Part shown: positions 50,794 through 64,000 of the stretch, piece by piece
Numbering within the stretch: position 1 is the first letter of the stretch
Layout: every line of letters starts with the position of its first letter
Origin: the human T2T-CHM13v2.0 reference genome, Homo sapiens
Length of the DNA stretch: 64,000 nt
Strand: one strand, 5' to 3'
Assembly: GCF_009914755.1 (NCBI RefSeq)
Contig: NC_060948.1
Notes under the pieces: model-generated
What the model was told of the DNA's origin: nothing
Database searches by the model: none
The model's input: only the letters and a program-made list of their open reading frames with translations
Program-made: the position numbers and the translations under genes

Positions 50794-52898
50794 AGATCCA
50801 TATTTTTTAAATGAAAAAAAATTTCAAAGGTACTCTGCTTGGTACAATAATCAAATGTATAAACTGAGGAATAAAACATAACCATGAAACCTACTTATAA
50901 CTGCATATGGAAAATACAGAGGATAATTTTTTAAATAACATATTTTGAAAGCCTTAACTAGTAATTTGAAGAGCTGGCATTTGAAAGGCCTGTATGAATA
51001 TACCTTCAAAGCAGCAACACAGGTTCCCCATGAGAAAAAGCAAACACAGGGAAAATAAAAACACAAAGGTTCAATCTCTTCTGACCTTTGAAAGACACAG
51101 CACAGACAGTGGTCCTTAGGACGAAGAGCAGGAGACCCCTAATTCCGTCACCATGGCGATAGGGCATAAACATTGCTGGGTGAGGGCACAATCCACATTG
51201 TGAGGTCCAACTGCTGCCAGGAAGACAGGAGTGCTTTTACATAGACCGAAAGGTCATTGAAGGCTCAGAGTTTTGTTTCAAGAACTGAATCCCAAGCCCA
51301 CACGTTATTAGGCTGCGCTTCTTAAAACAAGTTATGAGATGGGAAAAAGGGCACCCACAAACATACGTATACATTATGTATATAATAATATACAGTATCA
51401 TATATATAATATATATAACCTATGTATAATATTGTTTTACATCCTGCATCTTATGTTATATATATTGTATAAAATATAATAATTGATAATATATAAGTTT
51501 TATAATTATACAATATGACATATAGTATATATTATAATTTATGACATATATAGTATATGTTATATGTCATATATAGAATATATTATACGGTTAATATACG
51601 TATTAAATATAAATTATACATTATATATATTATATATAATATATCTGTTATATATAATAACCATTATGCATAATATATATATTATGTCTATGTTATATAT
51701 AGTATAAAACAACATATAATAATATATAATTGTATATATAAAATGCGACATATAATATATATTATATTTTATAACATATGTAATATATATTATATATTAT
51801 ATATAATACGTTGTATGTATAATACCTATATTAAATATATATTATATGACTATGTTATTAATTACATGTCACATGTGTTATATATTATATATTTTACATA
51901 GAATATACCGGTTACATACAATATATACTATGTTACCTATAATGTATAATTTATTACATGTAAAATAAAGAATGCAATATATTATGTATAATTTATAATA
52001 TACCATATGTGGAATGTGATATATATAACATATAATATATGATATATGATATACAGTATATGATATATAACATAGAATATATGATTCCTAATATATATGG
52101 TATACAATATATATTTCATGATATGTATTCTATATGTTTTATATTCTGTTATATATAACTATTTGAAATTATATATAACTGTATAATATTTTATGTAAAT
52201 ATGTAATATAATATATATAACTATATAATATATTATATATAACTATATATTATGTTATATATACTTTTATAACATAATTTACATAAAATATCATAATATA
52301 ATATATATTATATTATTTCATATTACATAATATATATTACATATCACCCAATATAACTAACATACATAATATTATAATATAGATTATATTATGTTATATT
52401 AAATATCATATATATCATGTATCATATATTCTATAATATATATTACACATTATATAATATGTATGTTGTCTATTATGTGATATATATAACTATATATATA
52501 ATTATATTTTTATACATATAACAACATAAATATGTAATTCTACATATTTTCATTTATAATATGTAGAATTATATAATCATATATAATTATTTATATTCTA
52601 TAAAAAATTTTATCATTATATAAATTATAATATATAAAAATTATAATATGTACTACAAATATATATATTATATATCATATATGATATAGTACCTTTGTTA
52701 TATTTCATAATACATATAAATGTGTATTATGTTATCTATAATTATATAATTTCATATATAAGATGTATAATATGTATCATATGTTATATATGTTATGTAA
52801 TATATATAGTATATATAAGATGACACAGGATAAATATTATATACTATGACTTATAAAATATATGAGGTTATATGTTACATATAAGGCATAGCACATAA

Positions 52899-53213
<315 letters not shown>

Positions 53214-55318
53214 AGATCCATATTTTTTAAATGAAAAAAAATTTCAAAGGTACTCTGCTTGGTACAATAATCAAATGTATAAACTGAGGAATAAAACATA
53301 ACCATGAAACCTACTTATAATTGCATATGGAAAATACAGAGGATAATTTTTTAAATAACATATTTTGAAAGCCTTAACTAGTAATTTGAAGAGCTGGCAT
53401 TTGAAAGGCCAGTATGAATATACCTTCAAAGCAGCAACACAGGTTCCCCATGAGAAAAAGCAAACACAGGGAAAATAAAAACACAAAGGTTCAATCTCTT
53501 CTGACCTTTCAAAGACACAGCACAGACAGTGGTCCTTAGGACGAAGAGCAGGAGACCCCTAATTCCGTCACCATGGCGATAGGGCATAAACATTGCTGGG
53601 TGAGGGCACAATCCACATTGTGAGGTCCAACTGCTGCCAGGAAGACAGGAGTGCTTTTACATAGACCGAAAGGTCATTGAAGGCTCAGAGTTTTGTTTCA
53701 AGAACTGAATCCCAAGCCCACACGTTATTAGGCTGCGCTTCTTAAAACAAGGTATGAGATGGGAAAAAGGGCACCCACAAACATACGTATACATTATGTA
53801 TATAATAATATACAGTATCATATATATAACATATATAGCCTATGTATAATATTGTTTTACATCCTGCATCTTATGTTATATATATTGTATAAAATATAAT
53901 AATTGATAATATATAAGTTTTATAATTATACAATATGACATATAGTATATATTATAATTTATGACATATATAATATATGTTATATGTCATATATAGAATA
54001 TATTATACGGTTAATATACGTATTAAATATAAATTATACATTATATATATTATATATAATATATCTGTTATATATAATAACCATTATGCATAATATATAT
54101 ATTATGTCTATGTTATATATAGTATAAAACAACATATAATAATATATAATTGTATATATAAAATGCGACATATAATATATATTATATTTTATAACATATG
54201 TAATATATATTATATATTATATATAATACGTTGTATGTATAATACCTATATTAAATATATATTATATGACTATGTTATTAATTACATGTCACATGTGTTA
54301 TATATTATATATTTTACATAGAATATACCGGTTACATACAATATATACTATGTTACCTATAATGTATAATTTATTACATGTAAAATAAAGAATGCAATAT
54401 ATTATGTATAATTTATAATATACCATATGTGGAATGTGATATATATAACATATAATATATGATATATGATATACAGTATATGATATATAACATACAATAT
54501 ATGATTCCTAATATATATGGTATACAATATATATTTCATGATATGTATTCTATATGTTTTATATTCTGTTATATATAACTATTTGAAATTATATATAACT
54601 GTATAATATTTTATGTAAATATGTAATATAATATATATAACTATATAATATATTATATATAACTATATATTATGTTATATATACTTTTATAACATAATTT
54701 ACATAAAATATCATAATATAATATATATTATATTATTTCATATTACATAATATATATTACATATCACCCAATATAACTAACATACATAATATTATAATAT
54801 AGATTATATTATGTTATATTAAATATCATATATATCATGTATCATATATTCTATAATATATATTACACATTATATAATATGTATGTTGTCTATTATGTGA
54901 TATATACAACTACATATATAATTATATTTTTATACATATAACTAGATAAACATGTAATTCTACATATTTTCATTTATAATATGTAGAATTATATAATCAT
55001 ATATAATTATTTATATTCTATAAAAAATTTTATCATTATATAAATTATAATATATAAAAATTATAATATGTACTACAAATATATATATTATATATCATAT
55101 ATGCTATAGTACCTTTGTTATATATCATAATACATATAAATGTGTATTATGTTATCTATAATTATATAATTTCATATATAAGTTGTATAATATGTATCAT
55201 ATATTATATATGTTATGTAATATATATAGTATATATAAGATGACACAGGATAAATATTATATACTATGACATATAAAATATATGAGGTTATATGTTACAT
55301 ATAAGGCATAGCACATAA

Positions 55319-55633
<315 letters not shown>

Positions 55634-57736
55634 AGATCCATATTTTTTAAATGAAAAAAAATTTCAAAGGTACTCTGCTTGGTACAATAATCAAATGTAT
55701 AAACTGAGGAATAAAACATAACCATGAAACCTACTTATAACTGCATATGGAAAATACAGAGGATAATTTTTTAAATAACATATTTTGAAAGCCTTAACTA
55801 GTAATTTGAAGAGCTGGCATTTGAAAGGCCAGTATGAATATACCTTCAAAGCAGCAACACAGGTTCCCCATGAGAAAAAGCAAACACAGGGAAAATAAAA
55901 ACACAAAGGTTCAATCTCTTCTGACCTTTGAAAGACACAGCACAGACAGTGGTCCTTAGGACGAAGAGCAGGAGACCCCTAATTCCGTCACCATGGCGAT
56001 AGGGCATAAACATTGCTGGGTGAGGGCACAATCCACATTGTGAGGTCCAACTGCTGCCAGGAAGACAGGAGTGCTTTTACATAGACCGAAAGGTCATTGA
56101 AGGCTCAGAGTTTTGTTTCAAGAACTGAATCCCAAGCCCACACGTTATTAGGCTGCGCTTCTTAAAACAAGTTATGAGATGGGAAAAAGGGCACCCACAA
56201 ACATACGTATACATTATGTATATAATAATATACAGTATCATATATATAATATATATAACCTATGTATAATATTGTTTTACACCCCGCATCTTATGTTATA
56301 TATAGTATAAAATATAATAATTGAAAATATATAAGATTTATAATTATACAATATGACATATAGTATATATTATAATTTATGACATATATAATATATGTTA
56401 TATGTCATATATAGAATATATTATACAGTTAATATACGTATTAAATATAAATTATACATTATATATATTATATATAATATATCTGTTATATATAATACCC
56501 ATTATGCATAATATATATATTATGTCTATGTTATATATAGTATAAAACAACATATAATAATATATAATTGTATATATAAAATGCGACATATAATATATAT
56601 TATATTTTATAATATATGTAATATATATTATATATTATATATAATACCTTGTATGTATAATACCTATATTAAATATATATTATATGACTATGTTATTAAT
56701 TACATGTCACATGTGTTATATATTATATATTTTACATAGAATATACCGGTTACATACAATATATACTATGTTACCTATAATGTATAATTTATTACATGTA
56801 AAATAAAGAATGCAATATATTATGTATAATTTATAATATACCATATGTGGAATGTGATATATATAACATATAATACATGATATATGATATAAAGTATATG
56901 ATATATAACATACAATATATGATTCCTAATATATATGGTATACAATATATATTTTATGATATGTATTCTATATGTTTTATATTCTGTTATATATAACTAT
57001 TTGAAATTATATATAACTGTATAATATTTTATGTAAATATGTAATATAATATATATAACTATATAATATATTATATATAACTATATATTATGTTATATAT
57101 ACTTTTATAACATAATTTACATAAAATATCATAATATAATATATATTATATTATTTCATATTACATAATATATATTACATATCACCCAATATAACTAACA
57201 TACATAATATTGTAATATAGATTATATTATGTTATATTAAATATCATATATATCATGTATCATATATTCTATAATATATATTACACATTATATAATATGT
57301 ATGTTGTCTATTATGTGATATATATAACTATATATATAATTATATTTTTATACATATAACTAGATAAACATGTAATTCTACATATTTTCATTTATAATAT
57401 GTAGAATTATATAATCATATATAATTATTTATATTCTATAAAAAATTTTATCATTCTATAAATTATAATATATAAAAATTATAATATGTACTACAAATAT
57501 ATATATTATATATCATATATGATATAGTACCTTTGTTATATATCATAATACATATAAATGTGTATTATGTTATCTATAATTATATAATTTCATATATAAG
57601 ATGTATAATATGTATCATATATTATATATGTTATGTAATATATATAGTATATATAAGATGACACAGGATAAATATTATATACTATGACATATAAAATATA
57701 TCAGGTTATATGTTACATATAAGGCATAGCACATAA

Positions 57737-58051
<315 letters not shown>

Positions 58052-60156
58052 AGATCCATATTTTTTAAATGAAAAAAAATTTCAAAGGTACTCTGCTTGG
58101 TACAATAATCAAATGTATAAACTGAGGAATAAAACATAACCATGAAACCTACTTTTAACTGCATATGGAAAATACAGAGGATAATTTTTTAAATAACATA
58201 TTTTGAAAGCCTTAACTAGTAATTTGAAGAGCTGGCATTTGAAAGGCCAGTATGAATATACCTTCAAAGCAGCAACACAGGTTCCCCATGAGAAAAAGCA
58301 AACACAGGGAAAATAAAAACACAAAGGTTCAATCTCTTCTGACCTTTGAAAGACACAGCACAGACAGTGGTCCTTAGGACGAAGCGCAGGAGACCCCTAA
58401 TTCCGTCACCATGGCGATAGGGCATAAACATTGCTGGGTGAGGGCACAATCCACATTGTGAGGTCCAACTGCTGCCAGGAAGACAGGAGTGCTTTTACAT
58501 AGACCGAAAGGTCATTGAAGGCTCAGAGTTTTGTTTCAAGAACTGAATCCCAAGCCCACACGTTATTAGGCTGCGCTTCTTAAAACAAGTTATGAGATGG
58601 GAAAAAGGGCACCCACAAACATACGTATACATTATGTATATAATAATATACAGTATCATATATATAATATATATAACCTATGTATAATATTGTTTTACAT
58701 CCTGCATCTTATGTTATATATATTGTATAAAATATAATAATTGATAATATATAAGTTTTATAATTATACAATATGACATATAGTATATATTATAATTTAT
58801 GACATATATAATATATGTTATATGTCATATATAGAATATATTATACGGTTAATATACGTATTAAATATAAATTATACATTATATATATTATATATAATAT
58901 ATCTGTTATATATAATACCCATTATGCATAATATATATATTATGTCTATGTTATATATAGTATAAAACAACATATAATAATATATAATTGTATATATAAA
59001 ATGCCACATATAATATATATTATATTTTATAACATATGTAATATATATTATATATTATATATAATACGTTGTATGTATAATACCTATATTAAATATATAT
59101 TATATGACTATGTTATTAATTACACGTCACATGTGTTATATATTATATATTTTACATAGAATATACCGGTTACATACAATATATACTATGTTACCTATAA
59201 TGTATAATTTATTACATGTAAAATAAAGAATGCAATATATTATGCAAAATTTATAATATACCATATGTGAAATGTGATATATATAACATATAATATATGA
59301 TATAAGATATACAGTGTATGATATATAACATACAATATATGATTCCTAATATATATGGTATACAATATATATTTTATGATATGTATTCTATATGTTTTAT
59401 ATTCTGTTATATATAACTATTTGAAATTATATATAACTGTATAATATTTTATGTAAATATGTAATATAATATATATAACTATATAATATATTTTATATAA
59501 CTATATATTATGTTATATATACTTTTATAACATAATTTACATAAAATATCATAATATAATATATATTATATTATTTCATATTACATAATATATATTACAT
59601 ATCACCCAATATAACTAACATACATAATATTATAATATAGATTATATTATGTTATATTAAATATCATATATATCATGTATCATATATTCTATAATATATA
59701 TTACACATTATATAATATGTATGTTGTCTATTATGTGATATATATAACAATATATATAATTATATTTTTATACATATAACTAGATAAACACGTAATTCTA
59801 CAAATTTTCATTTATAATATGTAGAATTATATAATCATATATAATTATTTATATTCTTTAAAAAATTTTATCATTATATAAATTATAATATATAAAAATT
59901 ATAATATGTACTACAAATATATATATTATATATCATATATGATATAGTACCTTTGTTATATATCATAATACATATAAATGTGTATTATGTTATCTATAAT
60001 TATATAATTTCATATATAAGATGTATAATATGTATCATATATTATACATGTTATGTAATATATATAGTATATATAAGATGACACAGGATAAATATTATGT
60101 ACTATGACATATAAAATATATCAGGTTATATGTTACATATAAGTCATAGCACATAA

Positions 60157-60471
<315 letters not shown>

Positions 60472-62599
60472 AGATCCATATTTTTTAAATGAAAAAAAAT
60501 TTCAAAGGTACTCTGCTTGGTACAATAATCAAATGTATAAACTGAGGAATAAAACATAACCATGAAACCTACTTATAACTGCATATGGAAAATACAGAGG
60601 ATAATTTTTTAAATAACATATTTTGAAAGCCTTAACTAGTAATTTGAAGAGTTGGCATTTGAAAGGCCAGTATGAATATACCTTCAAAGCAGCAACACAG
60701 GTTCCCCATGAGAAAAAGCAAACACAGGGAAAATAAAAACACAAAGGTTCAATCTCTTCTGACCTTTGAAAGACACAGCACAGACAGTGGTCCTTAGGAC
60801 GAAGAGCAGGAGACCCCTAATTCCGTCACCATGGCGATAGGGCATAAACATTGCTGGGTGAGGGCACAATCCACATTGTGAGGTCCAACTGCTGCCAGGA
60901 AGACAGGAGTGCTTTTACATAGACCGAAAGGTCATTGAAGGCTCAGAGTTTTGTTTCAAGAACTGAATCCCAAGCCCACACGTTATTAGGCTGCGCTTCT
61001 TAAAACAAGTTATGAGATGGGAAAAAGGGCACCCACAGACATACGTATGCATTATGTATATAATAATATACAGTGTCATATATATAATATATATAACCTA
61101 TGTATAACATTGTTTTACATCCTGCATCTTATGTTATATATATTGTATAAAATATAATAATTGATAATATATAAGTTTTATAATTATACAATATGACATA
61201 TAGTATATATTATAATTTATGACATATATAATATATGTTATATGTCATATATAGAATATATTATACGGTTAATATACGTATTAAATATAAATTATACATT
61301 ATATATATTATATATAATATATCTGTTATATATAATAACCATTATGCATAATATATATATTATGTCTATGTTATATATAGTATAAAACAACATATAATAA
61401 TATATAATTGTATATATAAAATGCGACATATAATATATATTATATTTTATAACATATGTAATATATATTTTATATTATATATAATACGTTGTACGTATAA
61501 TACCTATATTAAATATATATTATATGACTATGTTATTAATTACATGTCACATGTGTTATATATTATATATTTTACATAGAATATACCGGTTGCATACAAT
61601 ATATACTATGTTACCTATAATGTATAATTTATTACATGTAAAATAAAGAATGCAATATATTACGTATAATTTATAATATACCGTATGTGGAATGTGATAT
61701 ATATAACATATAATATATGATATATGATATACAGTATATGATATATAACATACGATATATGATTCCTAATATATATGGTATACAATATATATTTCATGAT
61801 ATGTATTCTATGTGTTTTATATTCTGTTATATATAACTATTTGAAATTATATATAACTGTATAATATTTTATGTAAATATGTAATATAATATATATAACT
61901 ATATAATATATTATATATAACTATATATTATGTTATATATACTTTTATAACATAATTTACATAAAATATCATAATATAATATATATTATATTATTTCATA
62001 TTACATAATATATATTACATATCACCCAATATAACTAACATACATAATATTATAATATAGATTATATTGTGTTATATTAAATATCATATATATCATGTAT
62101 CATATATTCTATAATATATATTACACATTATATAATATGTATGTTGTCTATTATGTGATATATATAACAATATATATAATTATATTTTTATACATATAAC
62201 TAGATAAACACGTAATTCTACAAATTTTCATTTATAATATGTAGAATTATATAATCATATATAATTATTTATATTCTTTAAAAAATTTTATCATTATATA
62301 AATTATAATATATAAAAATTATAATATGTACTACAAATATATATATTATATATCATATATGATATAGTACCTTTGTTATATATCATAATACATATAAATG
62401 TGTATTATGTTATCTATAATTATATAATTTCATATATAAGATGTATAATATGTATCATATATTATACATGTTATGTAATATATATAGTATATATAAGATG
62501 ACACAGGATAAATATTATGTACTATGACATATAAAATATATCAGGTTATATGTTACATATAAGTCATAGCACATAACATGTAATATATATCATATATAA

Positions 62600-62891
62600 T
62601 TTTTTTTTAGACAGAATCTTGTCCTGTTGCACAGGGTGGGGTACAATGGCGCCATCTTTGCTCACTGCAACTTTTGCCTCACGGGTCCAAGCGATTGTTC
62701 TCCCTCAGCCTCCCAGGTAGCTGGGACTACACCACACTGGGACTACACCAGCTGCCACCATGCCTAGCTAATTTTTTGGATTTTTAGTAGTGACAGCGTT
62801 TCACTGTATTGGCCAGGATGGTCTTGATCTCTTCACCTTGTGATCCCCTTGCCTTGGCCTCCAAATTTGCTGGGATTACAGGCCTGAGCCA
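62600..62891 (-). mobile_element. Diverged Alu resident in DYZ2 unit 16
   Basis: Tandem copy. Confidence 0.92.
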
Positions 62892-64000
62892 AGATCCATA
62901 TTTTTTAAATGAAAAAAAATTTCAAAGGTACTCTGCTTGGTACAATAATCAAATGTATAAACTGAGGAATAAAACATAACCATGAAACCTACTTATAACT
63001 GCATATGGAAAATACAGAGGATAATTTTTTAAATAACATATTTTGAAAGCCTTAACTAGTAATTTGAAGAGTTGGCATTTGAAAGGCCAGTATGAATATA
63101 CCTTCAAAGCAGCAACACAGGTTCCCCATGAGAAAAAGCAAACACAGGGAAAATAAAAACACAAAGGTTCAATCTCTTCTGACCTTTGAAAGACACAGCA
63201 CAGACAGTGGTCCTTAGGACGAAGAGCAGGAGACCCCTAATTCCGTCACCATGGCGATAGGGCATAAACATTGCTGGGTGAGGGCACAATCCACATTGTG
63301 AGGTCCAACTGCTGCCAGGAAGACAGGAGTGCTTTTACATAGACCGAAAGGTCATTGAAGGCTCAGAGTTTTGTTTCAAGAACTGAATCCCAAGCCCACA
63401 CGTTATTAGGCTGCGCTTCTTAAAACAAGTTATGAGATGGGAAAAAGGGCACCCACAGACATACGTATGCATTATGTATATAATAATATACAGTGTCATA
63501 TATATAATATATATAACCTATGTATAACATTGTTTTACATCCTGCATCTTATGTTATATATATTGTATAAAATATAATAATTGATAATATATAAGTTTTA
63601 TAATTATACAATATGACATATAGTATATATTATAATTTATGACATATATAATATATGTTATATGTCATATATAGAATATATTATACGGTTAATATACGTA
63701 TTAAATATAAATTATACATTATATATATTATATATAATATATCTGTTATATATAATAACCATTATGCATAATATATATATTATGTCTATGTTATATATAG
63801 TATAAAACAACATATAATAATATATAATTGTATATATAAAATGCGACATATAATATATATTATATTTTATAACATATGTAATATATATTTTATATTATAT
63901 ATAATACGTTGTATGTATAATACCTATATTAAATATATATTATATGACTATGTTATTAATTACATGTCACATGTGTTATATATTATATATTTTACATAGA

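Overview
This window is human Yq12-type heterochromatin spanning a satellite-to-satellite junction, with no credible protein-coding genes. Bases 1-25306 are a DYZ1/HSat3 array of about 7.1 copies of a ~3.56 kb higher-order unit built from degenerate GGAAT pentamers. Bases 25307-64000 are a DYZ2/HSat1B array of ~2.42 kb units, each containing a ~1.55 kb AT-rich low-complexity block, a ~290 bp diverged minus-strand Alu and a ~570 bp HSATI-like block (16 Alu/HSATI modules). The first DYZ2 unit is atypical. It has a ~760 bp internal deletion and a young, 5'-truncated AluY insertion (A34 tail, 10 bp target-site duplication) lying tail-to-tail with the resident Alu. Shared variants show internal structure: two DYZ2 variant classes with a switch near 40.3-40.4 kb, a duplicated 4837 bp dimer, and mosaic DYZ1 units. 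Each DYZ1 unit carries up to three perfect heat-shock-element matches. I found no convincing novel gene system; family names are from recognition, not from database searches.
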